Shown here one piece after another: positions 31,062 through 45,237 of a DNA stretch of 64,000 nt (position 1 is the first letter of the stretch; every line of letters starts with the position of its first letter). The DNA comes from the human T2T-CHM13v2.0 reference genome, Homo sapiens. Where the stretch lies: NCBI RefSeq assembly GCF_009914755.1, contig NC_060934.1, one strand, 5' to 3'. Position numbers and translations under genes: made by a program. The notes beneath the pieces are model-generated. The model searched no databases. It was given only the letters and a program-made list of their open reading frames with translations, and had not been told where the DNA came from.

Positions 31062-32412
31062 ATAGCATTAGGAGATATAGCTAATGTAAATGACGAGTTA
31101 ATGGGTGCAGCACACCAATATGGCACATGTATACATATGTAACAAACCTGCACATTGTGCACATGTACCCTAGAACTTAAAGTATAATAAAAAAAATAAA
31201 AAATAAATTCCAAATTTTGTGATACCATCTGTTTAGAAATACATCCCAATTCATGCACATAGCACATCCCTAACTAATATTGCAATAGTTACTATTTTCT
31301 AGAGTGTTCAGCCCATTTTCTTCCTCAGCTTTCCCTGGATTCTGTGTGTTTGTGTTGTGTGTACAACACATTTCATACATACACACTCACATACATAAAT
31401 ATTTGGAAATGTATATACAGCTATTCAAAGTGTAAAACTCACAGAGCAGTGATGTGTGTCTCTGATAACATTTTGTTCCCTGTAGCCAATATACTGTTAG
31501 ACACTGCTTACATGAATACTTAGGAGTAACAAACCATAACAATTTAAGAGATTCTCAAATAACATTTTTCCTTTATATAACTTGTTTTTAACTGCGATAT
31601 TTAGATTCAAGCTTAAATCTGAATTGCAGGAATGAAGACATTTCTTGATATTGCACAGGTAGGCAGAAATCATCAATCATTCAGAAGCTATATTATTCAG
31701 TCATAAATAAATGGAACTGACGAATAGAGAATACCATGATTGTGAGTGTCCCTGTTTCATTACATTGAACAATATGACTGCTTTTGAGTGAAAGAGGTCT
31801 GGTCCTGAGGCACTCATAGGTGTATAAACATTGGGAGGAATGAAAGTAAAGGAATTATAATAATGCCCTGAGAGGAAAACACAGGAGCTTAGGAAACATA
31901 TAGGCATGATGGTAACTATTATCATTGTCTTAAAATTAATTTGGTGAAGAGTTTCTCCTACAAACTAGAGTAGACAGGTGAATACACAAGGAAGAAGAAT
32001 TAGAAACAGAAGCTTCCCAACTTTTGTAAATATTCTGAATCAAACTTAAATTTCAGCAGTAGATGACAGCACAATGACCTAAATTTAACAGCCTAGTTCA
32101 AGACCCAATGAGTTCAGGAGGAAATGGTCTGAAAAAGAGAGAGTCAGACTGGGTCCAGGTAGTCTGGGTGACTTGAAACATGTCTCACCTCCCGCAGGAT
32201 GTCTTCTCTCTCCACTTCATCCCCAAGTGCCTATGGTCTTTTCTCTCTTGGGGTTTAACCACTCTGTCAATTGTCCTCACAAGATCTTGAGGTTTGGTAG
32301 CAGTGGATAGCTACAATGGATGAAATTATTTCACTGGGAACTAATGAAATGTAAACTTTGGTCTCTAAATTTCTATTTGCATTTATAAAATTGTGCTTAA
32401 ATTGCACAGTCT

Positions 32413-32777
<365 letters not shown>

Positions 32778-33242
32778 TCACATATAAAAGCTTATCTCAT
32801 AGCAGCAGCAGGGAATATGAAACTATACCAATGAAAGTGTTCCCTTGCTTTCTGTCTTTAATCCTGGGCTCACAATTCTTTCTAATGTGTTTGGAAAAAA
32901 CACAAAGAGAAAATCAGAGGGCAGAATCCTCAACTTCTTAGAATGATTTTGCCTATTCAAATATGAGAGATTATTAGAAGCACACGTTAAAATTCTTTAG
33001 AGAAGCTGTAAAAATAATATCTATACAATTCCATAAATCATGGTAAAACTACTGGACCCTACTCTCAGGGGAAACAATTAGGTAGAAAAATTAGAAGATG
33101 TAGAAATTCTGAAAGTCAGTTGAAGAACAAACAGGTGATTTTCCAGCCAAGGTTACTGGGTGTTTTAAACAGGAAGTAAAGCAAAATGTTTTAAATTACT
33201 GGCCTTGTTGTAACTTAGCAGTCAGAACAATCTAAAACAGGA

Positions 33243-33309
33243 GTTGTTTTTTGTTGTTTTTGTTGTTGTTTGGTTCATTGGTTGGTTGGTTGGTTGGTTG
33301 ATTTTTGTT
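33243..33309. repeat. (TTG)n/(TTGG)n simple repeat
   Basis: TTGTTGTT.. followed by about 5 TTGG units. Confidence 0.85.
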
Positions 33310-34074
33310 TAAAATAAATAGTTGATAAAAGGAGCTAACAAATTGTGTAAAGCCATTAAGAGCACCAAGATAGTAAACTGAAGGTGAAAACCATCAGTAT
33401 TAAATGGAGAGATGAGGCAAGAGCAAGCGGCTTCCTGAGTGCTCAGTGAGATGCTGTGGTTATTAATGCTGGAAGCGGAATACTTCAAAAATGTTTCAAC
33501 TTAACAAAATGTGTGACCGTGGATTCAAAAGGGCTGCCTGTTGCATGCCAGTTATTGATTCCTGAAATTATGAGTCTGTCACTTAACCCCCATTCCAACC
33601 CATCCTCACACATTACCCCTCATTTACCTTTATCTGAGGCGCTCATTTATCAAATAATACCAAATTATCAAATAATAATTTACACTATGGTAACACTTGG
33701 TTGAAAAAACAACCTGTATCCACAGTTGTTCTCACAACCTGCATGCACTTATTTTTTTCCACAAGTTCATGTATTTCTTTTAAAATAAATTAGGATATAT
33801 TGGGTGCTTGTGTTTTCTATTTTCCCTACATGTTTGGAAGATCTGTAATAATAAAAAAAACTAGCTATTCAATTTCTTTACTGCCTTCAAAAATTAATTC
33901 AATCTGTTGAGCATGAATTACCTTATGATCCCCTTTTGTATTGTTCTATCAATGTGATCTGTATCTCATGATGTTCAATTTTTCCACTGCACACACAGAC
34001 CCAGTCTAAATAAATGCTGGCTGACTAACTTTCTGCTCACCTCTTGCTGCTCAGATCTTTCTTAAAGAAAGGTT

Positions 34075-34470
34075 TTGCCATTCAGTTCCAAGGAGCACTA
34101 TTGGAGCTAAGAGCCTCTAGGTGTTAGAACCTGTGGGAACTACCTGAGCTTTTGAGTCAAGGTCATGGACTTTCAGGTAGCCTCCCGCCAGTGACTGCAC
34201 AGGAAGAACTTACTAGGGCTTTGCCATTTCTGCTCATGTGGGACTCCTCCATTGGCATGTCTTTGTCCTGGAGTTCCCCATTGGCATATCTTTGTCCTGG
34301 AGTTCCCCATTAGCTTGGTTGAAGCCTCAGAGCTGCATAATTGTCTGAAGTTCCCCTTGCTCCATCCTACTTTCTCCACTTTTATCTTAATCAGGCATGG
34401 ACCCCCAACAAACCTATTACACTGTTAACTTTGTCTCAACATCCTCTCCCTGAAGAATTTAACAAATACA
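34075..34470 (+). mobile_element. LTR16-type (ERVL) LTR with an internal 29-bp tandem duplication (34249-34306)
   Basis: CCATTTCTGCTCATGTGGGACTCCTC..TCCCCATTAGCTTGG..TCAGAGCTGCA..GTCTGA, ending ..AAATACA. Confidence 0.7.
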
Positions 34471-34533
34471 CTTTCTAATTACAACACTCTGAAGGAGGAT
34501 ACAAAATTTAAACACATACTTAGGGGTATCCTG

Positions 34534-35155
34534 GAAGCTAAATGATTGGTGACATACGGGATGATGGTTCTAATTCATACACGTATCTGTAAATATGTCT
34601 ATGTGTAATTATTTGTATCTCTATTAAGATAGACATAAATTCATATGGAGGTCTCTAACTCTAATCCATGACCACATGGCTCATTCTCATTGCTTCTCCT
34701 TGATTATCTGTAAACTCTGACTTCACAATAAGAAAGCTGCTGCCACAATCCACCATCCATGGGCCTAATTGTTCAATTTCAGCATACATGAATAGCCCTA
34801 TCAGAATAGTTAACCAGTATCCCCTCTAAAGGGTTTATCAACTAGAAGCTAAATGATTAGTGACATATGGGATGATGATTCTAATGTATACATATATCTA
34901 TAAATATGTCTATGTGTAATTACTTGTACCTGTATTAAAGTAAACATGAATTTATATGGAGGTCTCTAACTGTAATCCATGACCACGTGGGTCATTCTCA
35001 TTGCCTCTCCTTCATTATCTGTAAACTCTGACATCACAATAAGAAAGCTGCTCTCACAATCCACCATTCATTTACTTAATTGTTCGATTTCAGCACACAT
35101 GAATAGCCCTATCAGAACAGTTAACCAATATCCCCTCTAAAGGGGTTATCAACTA
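34534..35155. repeat. 311-bp head-to-tail tandem duplication (2 copies, ~89% identical)
   Basis: 34534-34844 versus 34845-35155; about 34 substitutions by manual count and no indels. Confidence 0.95.
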
Positions 35156-38100
35156 GAGTGCAATGTTTACAGATGGTTCCTTTTGGCTTTAGCTAGTCTT
35201 AAGGATTTCACTCATAACTAGGGTTACCTAGGTCATTACCATTTTCCCTCATCCCCTTCAGTAAGGTTGTTTCATATATTTTGATATCATGTTTTATCAC
35301 AATTTTCCATTCATCCTGGGATTTTCTGACCTAATAAGTGATGCAGCACTCTTTGTGCAATAAAGTTCTGTGGGCTTTGACAAACATGTAGTGTTAATTA
35401 TCCAAAATTACACTGTCATATAGAATAATTTCACCACCATAGAAAAAATCTTGTCCTTCACTTAGCCTGCCTCCTCCCTACACTATGCTTAGACATGTGG
35501 CAATCACTGATTTCTTTTTAGTCTTTTTGTTATTTGCTTTTTTTTCAGAATATCATATAATTGGAATTACATACTATGTAGCTTTCTGAGACTAGCTTTG
35601 TTTACTTAATTGTATATATTAAAGATTTATCCAGGTACTTCTGCAGCTTAATAGCTCATTTCTTTTTATTAGTGAATAAAATCCCATTGTATAGATGTAC
35701 CACAGCTTGTTCACTCACTTATTACAGAACACCTTTTTTGCTTCCATTTTCTGGTAATTGTAAATAAGGTGCTATTAACATTGTATACAGGTTTTTGTAA
35801 GGACATAAATTTTCAAATCAGTTGGCTTAATACCTAGAAGTGTGATTGCTGAATCATATAGCTTTGTAGAGAATTGTAGAGCTGTCCTCTAAAGTAGTTG
35901 TATAATTTTGAACTCCTATAGCAAAGAAACAGAACTGCTGCTGTACATCCTTGCCAGTAATTGGTAGTATCTTTTTTGTATTTGGCATGTTAATAAATGT
36001 GTATTGATATCTCACAGCTGTTCTAATTTTAAATTTCCTAATGATAAACAATGTTGAGCATCTCTTCATATAGTTATTTGCCATTTTCTGTCTTTTGTGG
36101 TGAAATGATTCTTCAGATCCTTTACCCACTTTTTGGTATTTTTAAAATTGAGATAAAAATTCACATAATTAACTCCTTCAAAATGTATAATTTAGTGGCA
36201 TTTAGTACATTCACAATTCTGTGCAACCATCACTTTTATCTCGTTCTGAAACACTCTCATTATCTCAACAGGAATCTCCTCTCTTTCTCCTCTCCCCACT
36301 TCCTAGCAACCACTGGTCTGCTTTCTGTGATAAGGATTTACCTGTTTTGTATATCTCATATCAGTGGAATCATGCAGTATGTACTCTTTTGTTTCTGGCT
36401 TCTTTCACTTACCATAATATTTTAGGTTCATCAACATCGTAGAGTATATCAACACTTAATTACATTTTATGTCTGAATAATACTTGTTTTATTAATATAC
36501 CACATATTGTCGATTCATTCATTAGTTTGTAGACATTTGTGTTGTTTCTACCTTTTGGCTAATGTAAGTAATGCTGCTGTGACCATTCATGTACAAGATT
36601 TTGTTTAAATACCTGTTTTAATTCATTGGATAGATTCTGTGGAGTAGAATTGCTAAGCCAAATGGCAAGTCTATGTAATTTTTTGACGAACTGCCAAATT
36701 CCTCAGCACAGAAGCTACACCATTTGACATTTTCATTACTCATGTATGGAGGATCTAATTTCTCCATATCCTGAACAACATTTGTTATTTCTTATTTTGT
36801 TGTTGTTATGTTTTGTTTTTGTTTTTTGATGACATTCTAGTGAAAGTGAATGGCATCTCATGGGGCTCTGATTTATATTTTCCTAGTAATATTGAGCATC
36901 GTTCATATTCTTGTTAGTTATTTGTATATTTTCTTTGGAGAAATGTCTATCAAAATTATTTGCTTATTTTTGAACTGGGTTGTTTTTTGTTGCAGAGTTG
37001 TAGGAGTTCTATATATAGTCTGGATATTAATCCCTTGTCATATGTATGATTTGGAAATATTTCCTTCTAGTCTGTAGGATGTCTTTGGTTGTGTTGATAC
37101 TGTCCTTTCAGGCACACATCTTGCTAATTTTGATGAGGTTGAATGTATTTACTTGTTCTTTTGATGCTATGCTTTTTATGTCACAACTAAGAATCCAGTG
37201 CCAAAGCCAACCTGTATAATTGGAATGTTTATTTACTTATTAGTAAGTTTTAAGCATTTTTATTTATTTTGAATACAAGTCCTCTATTAGATGTCTATTT
37301 TGAAAATATTTATTTCAGACTGTGTATTGTCTTTTGATTTTTTAACAATGCATTCAGCAGAGCTTATTTAAATTAAGTCTAATTCATCAATTTTTTTCAT
37401 GTATTGTGCTTTTGATGTTGTATCTTAAAATTTATTGTCAAACCTAACATCACCTACATTTTCTTATTTTTTGTTTCTACAAGTTTTCTATTTCTAGACT
37501 CTATTCTGTTCCATTGATCTATGTTCCTTGAAAGGAATATTGAAAGTTCAAAATATACTTGCTAGGTATTTTCTTCGTCTTTTAAGTTGTGTATGTCAAT
37601 TTTTCTTTATTTATTTTGAAACTATGTTGTCAGATAGGTATGCATTTTTTATTTTTTGTTTTCATGGAGAAATAGACATTTCATGGCATTATGAAATATC
37701 TATTTTTCCATTACTTTGGTTTTCAACAGTTCTTCTGCGAGGAACTCAGTGTGGCTCTGTTTTTATTTATTCTGTTTGTGGCTTTCTAAGATTCCCAAAT
37801 CTATGGGTTAATGTCTTTCATCAATGATACTTTGCCTCATTTTCTCTTTCTTCTTTTGTGACTTCAGTTACATGTATGGTAGAATGTTTGGTATTGTCTC
37901 AATATTCTATGATGCTCTGTTCATTTTTCTATCTCTCTTTGTATCATTTTTATTGATCCATTTTAGCTTTCACTGTTCTCAAATTTTTCTGTGTACAATC
38001 TGCTTTCAAACATATCCAATGGATTCAATATTTTAACTTTTATAACTTTAATTTTAAAACCCTCATTTGATTGATTTTAAATTTAAATTTATCAGATTAA

Positions 38101-38400
38101 AGTTCCTTAATTTCTTCAACATATTTATAGTAGTTATTTTAAAATCCACATATGCTAATTCACATGTCTGGCTCATATGTCTATTGGTAACTATTGACTT
38201 TTTCCATATAGATTACATTTTACCATTCCTATTAATTCCTGCTTCTGAAAATTGTATTAGAATTTATATATTAAAGATATCATTTCTTCTATGCAACACA
38301 CAGGTGTACCTATGTATTATCCATGTACTTTTCTTAAAAGCACTTAAATTATTAGCAGATCCTTTTAATACTGCTAAAGATTAGGTTTTGACTTTGCCAG
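34560..38400 (-). mobile_element. Old L1MC/MD-type antisense fragments with a nested L1MB-type 3' end (~36140-37212)
   Basis: T-rich strand; L1MC/MD-type 3' UTR (TTATCAACTAGAGTGCAATG..TTCCTTTTG). Nested TTTAGTGGCATTTAGTACATTCACAATTCTGTGCAACCATCAC; the host resumes at ~37213. Confidence 0.75.
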
Positions 38401-39177
38401 GGAACGTCTATTTTAGTATTCTTCTTTCTACTAAGGAATAGCCTTTACTATTAGGTTATGAACGTTATTCTCAGGAGGATGTCTCACTGAGATCTCAACT
38501 TTAAATAAAAACTCCAGCTATCTCCAGGTATCTCCAAATCTAACATCTATTTTCAGCTCTCAAACCCTCGTGTATGTTCTGCTAGAACTTGTGCAATCTC
38601 ATCCTGCCCACACGAAATCTAAGATTTAGCCAATAATTAATGTGCCAGCCCAAAGCAAATTTTACATACTTCTCTAAAGTATTCTACCTTGCAAATTACA
38701 GTTACCTTAACATCTCTGAAGTCTGCTATGTTTCTTCCATGAAGTGAAAATTCAGCTCTCTGTTGTTACTCTAGTTTTCTACACATTTGAGAAATATCCC
38801 TAGGAAACCTGAGTTGAATGTGGAACTCAGTCGTATACAATATAGCCAAATTATATATGCTGTGGTCTGAGAATCAGTGTTTTTTGGTAAACTCCCCAGT
38901 AATTCTAATGGCAGCAAAAGTGAGCAACCGGTGCCATAAAAGACATTGCTACTTGTTGAGAAGTAGACATAAACTCTGGCTTTCTATCGTTGGAAATGTA
39001 CATAGCTGAACGAGCATATTGAATATCTTAACATAATTCCATTTTAAGGAAATAAAAGATACTATCTTAATACCATAAGCTATGCATAGTTTGTTTACAT
39101 TGATAATAGAGAATGGGGACTTGAAGGAGAAAGTTGGAAGGCTCAGACCAAAGAGAGAATAAAGAGGGTTTTGAGGA

Positions 39178-40508
39178 TGTATTAGTCTGTTTCCACACTG
39201 CTATAAAGAACCCCCTGAGACTGGGTAATCTATAAAGGAAAGAGAGGTTTAATTAATCCACATTTCAGCATGGCTGGGGAGGCCTCAGGGGGAAGGTGAA
39301 GGGGATGCAAGGCACCTTCTTCACAAGGCGACAGGAGAGAGAAGTGCTAAGTGAAGTATAAACCATCAGATCTCATGAGAACTCACTCAGTATCATGAGA
39401 ACAGCACTGAGGAGACTGCCATCCTTTCCCATGGGGAGAGACCAAGTGGAGGTAATTGAATGATGGAGGCAATTTGGATGTCCAGGCAGAAGTTTGCTGC
39501 AGGGGCAGAGCCCTCATAGAGAGCCTCTGCTAGGGCTGTGTGGAAGGGAAAAGTGGGGTAGGAGCCCCAACACAGAGTCCCTACTGGGGCATTGCCTAGC
39601 AGAGCTGTGAGAAGAGGGCCACCATCCTCCAGACCCCAGAATAGTAGATCCAACCACAGCTTGCACCATGCACCTGGAAAAGCTGAAGACACTCAATGCC
39701 AGCCATGAGTGTAGCCAGAATGGGGGCTGTACCCTGCAAAGTCACAGGGGGAGAGTTGCCCAAGACAGAGGGAACCTACCACTTGCATCAGTGTGACCTA
39801 GATGTGAGACATGAAGTCAAAGGAGATCATTTCAGAGCTTTAAGATTTGATTACCCTGCTGAATTTTTGATTTGTGGCCCCTTAGTTTTGTCCAATTTCT
39901 CCCATTTGGAACAGGTGTATTTATCTAACAGCTGTACTCCCATTGTGTCTAGGAAGTAACTAACTTACTTTTGATTTTACTGACTCATAGGCAGAGGGAT
40001 TTGCCTTGTCTAAGATGAGACTTTGGACTTGAACTTTTGGGTTAATGCTGGAATGAATTAAGACTTTTGGGGACTGTTGGGAAAGTATGATTGGTTTGGA
40101 AATGTAACAAGAACATGAGATTTGGGAGGGCCCAGGGACAGCAGAATAATATGATCAGGCTTTCTGTCCCCACCCCAGTCTCATCTTCAATTGTAATCCC
40201 CATAATCCCCACATGTCAAGGGAAGACCATGTGGAGTTAATTGAAACATGGTGGCAGTTTCCCCCATGCTGTTCTCATGATAGTGAGCTAGTTCTCATGA
40301 AATCTGATGGTTTTATAAGGGGTTCTGCCCCCTTTGCTTGGCACTTCTCCCTCATGATGCCTTGCTTCCCCTTTGCCTTCCAACATGATTGTAAGTTTCT
40401 TGAGGCCTCCCAAACCATGGAGAATTGTGAGTCAATTAAACTTCTTTCCTTTCTAAATTACCCAGTCTTGGGCTTTTCTTTATAACAGTGTGGGAACACA
40501 CTAATATA
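39178..40508. mobile_element. Rearranged THE1D/MSTA-type MaLR: antisense LTR 3' part (39178-39423), short sense LTR piece (~39428-39470), sense internal 3' part (~39471-40148), sense LTR (~40149-40508)
   Basis: Begins TGTATTAGTC (reverse complement of an LTR end) and ends CACTAATATA; the internal part aligns by eye to 1330-2010 of this window. Confidence 0.88.
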
Positions 40509-41720
40509 GATGGTGAATGAGACAGGAGACCTACAGCAACTAAGATAAGAAATAATAAAAAAAAAAATGCTAGCAGATCCACCAGTGTCTTTCATGAGGA
40601 AAGATATCATAAAATGTGAGGAGACCTGATCGATTAGAGGGAGCTTCTTATGGAGGAATTTAGAAGGAAACTGTGGGTGTTTATACAAACCTCTTGTGCT
40701 TGAGGAAACATTTAGAATGAGCTGGGCAGTAATGGTTGACTGGGAAAAGAAACATGCTGGAAAAATAACAACCACCCAGGAGAAGACAAAGCAGAAGGCA
40801 GGATCCCAAATGGATAAGGAAAAAAGATGAGGTAGGAATGTAGGTTAAGCCAAAGCAAAAAGAAGAGATCTGCAGAGTTATCTAACAAGTCAATTTGCAG
40901 CATTCAAAATGCCTTTTTATGTGCTTATGTAAGTGTAGTTAATGCACAGGAATGACAGCCTGTTTAAAATGTTCTTAGTTAGAGCTAACCATCATGGGTT
41001 AATAGTGACCAAAAGGAGGAAGACCTTCAGAATTATGAGAACACCATGAGAATCACAGAAACTTGGAGTTAGGAATAAGTGTCATGGGTAGGTATGAAGA
41101 AAGCTTTCTCTGAAAGACAACCAAGTTGTAGGAGCTTGAGACTCCCTAATGAATCTACAAACAGGGAAGAAAAGGAGGCATTCTATAACACAGTTTTGAG
41201 AAAGACTGTAAAACAACATCTTTGGAGAGAATTAAGGGAGAGTATTTCCAGTTGCTCGTATTAGACTGTCTTTTATTTGGTGGTCAAGGAGCCAACTTTT
41301 AAGACCTGTGGGCCAGGCAAACTGAGACCCCCAAATCTGCTGCCATCAGGTCAGAACAATCAGAGGGAGCTCAGGTCAATGTGTCAGGAAATGTATGCCA
41401 CGCTGTCATGATGTCTGGGATTTTTCATTTTTATAAATTAGAAGAGACAGAATAAATGCATTTCTGAGAGCTCCTGAGCACTTTAAAAATAAAAATGACA
41501 TCAGATTTTAGACAAGGTGCTGGACAACTGGTTATTACAGAAACAGTCTGATTCCAGATTTCAACTTTTTGTATCTTAGCCTTTTTTTTAAAAAGGAATC
41601 ATTCTTTTACTTTCCTTTATATCCATCCTGTCTTTTCTATTTTTCTGAGTTTCTTTCTTTTCCTTCAGTCTCTTTACTGCTCTTTTTCCTTATTCTATGA
41701 GAGAAATAGAGGTTGGATAG

Positions 41721-42297
41721 TGTTGGGGCTCAGAAAACAATACCACAAAATGAAGGCCTCAGAAACAGTTTCTCTTTGACCTTCTTCTGCCCTCCTGTCT
41801 CTCTCTCTCCTTATTGTCCTCCAAGGAAACCCACAGAAACTGAAATTCCTCTTTCTCAAGGTGGATCATGGAAGCCAGAGCCTCTTTTCCCCAAAGCCAG
41901 CCACAAAGCTTAACAACATTACTCAAACCTTCCACAGCTATTTTGTGTAACAGCTAGCCATTAACAAATTTAAAAACCTCATCCCAGAAGGGTCTAGCCA
42001 CAAACCCAGGAAGAGAGAAATGCCACACGGAGAAGCCAAGAAGGATATGAACAGACAGGCCTTGCGGGGCTTCCCCACTCAGTCTATTTCCACTGACTGC
42101 ATGGCTGTCCCTGCTTCAACAAACGTAAGCATCAAATCAGATCACTTCTCTGCTGTCTTTGAGGTCTTCAATCTGGAGGCTCTTGTGGCATGTAAAGCTA
42201 TGATTCAAATGAATTTGCTATGCTTTTATTTTGTTAGCTTGTCTTTATTTTAGGGGTGTTGGCCATGACCCTCCTCTGTCTGCTTTCCTCCCCTACA
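41721..42297 (+). mobile_element. ERV1 MER4-group solo LTR (MER31-like; subfamily uncertain)
   Basis: TGTTGGGGCTCAGAAAACAATACC...TCCTCCCCTACA; 4-bp TSD ATAG at 41717-41720 and 42298-42301. Confidence 0.85.
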
Positions 42298-42497
42298 ATA
42301 GCCAAATGCTCCTTATGTGTTCCACAGACCCCTGGATATCCATCAAATTCAAATATCCTAACCTTCTAGATGAATACCTGGCCACAAGCGCAGGACTCAT
42401 TAACTCACATTTGCATCCTCATTATCTAAATGAACAGTTTAGAGCTTCTCTCTCAGCCCTATCCCTGAAAGGTGAACCTCTTCTGCCCTCACATCTC

Positions 42498-42520
42498 TTT
42501 CTCTCTCTTCACCCTCCCTC

Positions 42521-42554
<34 letters not shown>
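42498..42554. repeat. (CT)n(CA)n compound microsatellite
   Basis: direct reading. Confidence 0.85.
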
Positions 42555-43310
42555 TAACCTGCTTTCTTGAACGCCAGTTTTTCGGGGCCTGTCGAGCATC
42601 CACAGGCCAGGTGTCCTTGGCCTAGACCATTCTGTTTACCAGGAGGGGCTGGGAAAGAGGCCAAGGACTCACTTTAATAGGAAGGATGTATTTTCTAGTG
42701 ATTTATCACTTCCTCCATAAATTCAGGAAACATGTCTCTGCTGAGCTAATGATTTATTAAGAAGACTTTCAAGCAGTAAATCCTCTCTCTTCCCATTCTC
42801 TGGGCAGTAATGGCAATGTTCAAGTCTCAGAGAAATAGGAGCCTGACCTTCGCAGAGGTGACAACCTTTCTAAAAAGCAGTTACACTTGCTAAAGTCACA
42901 GTGGGAGGCCTTGAGAAGAGCCAGCAATCCGTTTCGAAGTCGTGACTCTCACCTCTAATGGAGCAATATGTTCTAGATGAACAGGCTGGGATCCAGGGAC
43001 AGAGCAACAGCTCCTTAGAGTAACTAGGCCAGGTATTAATTTTTCCCTGTCAGCTCCAAACCAGTTTTTCTTTTTCCTGCTTTGTGATAGCAGAGCTGAA
43101 TTCTGCAGAATGCATTTTCATTTATTTTTAAACAAACAACACCTGTATAACCCTTCAACCAGCTTCCCTAAATAGTTATCATCTTATATAACCAGATCAT
43201 AATTACAAAGGCTGAGAGAGATTAACATCTATACAATGCTACTAAATTCTCCACCTATCTTATTTATATTTTGAATTAAGGCAGAGGCTCTCCCTAACCT
43301 CTCTGCATCC

Positions 43311-43642
43311 CATAAGATAAAGTAAACATAGAGTCAAATAGAGGAAGAAGTTAACTCTCTAAATATCTCCCTAACCTCTCTCCATCTGTACTGTAATGCA
43401 TACCTTGGCATACCATGGGAGTCCCTCCTTCAGAACTTAGTCACCATTCCTTTTGCTTGCAGAAGTTTTTCCTGGTACTTGCTTCCATATGAGCTTTTCC
43501 CCAGCAGTTGTTCGAAGCTGACAGGGCTGCCTCATCCAATTTCAAGCTCCTCCCCAGGCATAACCCATATTTTATGACTGGTGAATGTATGATACAAAAG
43601 CTAAACATCCTTGTTTTAATTTGAAACATCTCTTACAGGCCA
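43311..43642 (+). repeat. Left arm of an inverted duplication (includes the 5' part of an LTR16-type LTR, 43392-43642)
   Basis: Reverse complement of 45395-45737 at roughly 80% identity. Confidence 0.9.
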
Positions 43643-45237
43643 CCAAGGTAAAATGGAGAGACACTGAAAGTCATTTTTTCTCCAGCACAATTTTCCCAGT
43701 GGCACTCACCTCCTAAAGGAATATCACATTACATGATAAAGAGAAACACCTCTGGCTGCTGCTGTTGTATTTATTTTTCACAGCAGGAATCAACATTTAG
43801 TTATTTACTGTGTAGGGAGACTAACGCATCTGTCATAGCATGGTAGTGAATATTTATTTTAATTTATTAATCATTAACAATTCTTAAGCCATTCATCACA
43901 GTATTGTTAATATATTTTGTTCCTTTGAGGCAAGATACCCAGAGGTAGTATGTCACCCCCTGGAATTCCATTGCTATTTCTGGTGTCAATAAAATGTATT
44001 GCTAAGCATAAAAATGAAATATTATCTAAGATTGTTTATTGTGTTAAAGACTACTAAATTAGGAAAGTAAAATTGTCTGGATCGTAGAAGGTTGATTTTC
44101 CTTGTTAAGTGTAGACTGAAATTCTCTTCTTCTTTTTACTGGGATATTTTTTTCAAATGGCAAAAGATTTAGTTGGCCATTCAAAATTTATTGCATAACA
44201 GATGGCGCTCAAATATTGTTCTGGTAGGACTTTATTGTTTTACAAAATTACATGTAAGTAAGGCCAGTTGGCACTCTTTCAGCATAAAATTGACATGTGT
44301 TTACTCAGATACATTCACGCTTATACTTTGAGTGACTTACTTGGCAAGAAAATAATTTCACACAACATATATGGGTTGAACATTGTGACCCTCTACAGAA
44401 AAACAACAAAGTATATCTCAGTATTTATAAGATGACCTGCATTAAACAGTGGTTAGCTTTTCTTTGCTTTATTAGGAAAACATTAATTTATTCCAAAATT
44501 ACTGGGTAATTGACATGTGTATTTCTGATATATAAATACACAAGGATCTATAGGGACAGAAATGGAAAAGCATCTTCTCATTTTTTAAAACATTAATACT
44601 ATAGGTTTCTATTTTCAAGGTACTGCTTATATTAATTTTACTTGTATGAGTTATATTTCTTAATCAGTTTCAAATTTATCCCTTGTTTGTCTTGTTTGTT
44701 CATCTATAAGCTCTGACAGAGGTTGATCATAAGTTGGTAGACCACTATGCAATGTCAGATATGTTAGTTCCTTGGAACTTATCTTGTTGATATGCTTACC
44801 AATTCTATTGGTTGCAAAATTCATTCTGAGTTGCCTAAGGTCATACAACTAATTGGACTCAGAGTAGAAATTAAAATTCAGTTCTTTAGTGTACTAGCTT
44901 TTCTTGCTGTTATTTACTAAGAAGTTTAAGTAAGAGTAGTTAACCATTTACTTTTATTAAAAATGCTAAGAATCTACTGTGTGTCAGGCACTTGGGATGT
45001 AGAAATTTATTAGATAAGCATAATGTTTTAACTCTCATTATTTATAATATAATGTATGGGACACTAAAATATAAACTAACTGTGTTGGGAATCTATCTCA
45101 TGGTCTTTCGCAAAATCTTGATACGATCCAGTGGTATTTTAGTAGAGTCATTTAAGGGGCAGTGTAAAGAAGGTACTTGAAGAGCCAGAGTGAAATCACA
45201 CAGAAAAGTAAGAGATCACAGTGGTATAAATGCAAAT

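Noticed and set aside
31350-31370. 8-bp hairpin TGTGTTGT-GTGT-ACAACACA
   Set aside because: Low-complexity TG/CA context; expected by chance
36051-38384. Hydrophobic, membrane-protein-like ORFs
   Set aside because: Phe/Leu/Ile richness is an artefact of T-rich antisense L1M sequence
43755-43800. Splice-acceptor-like TTTTATTTTTCACAG in the spacer of the inverted duplication
   Set aside because: Such motifs are common in AT-rich DNA; no matching donor or reading frame was identified
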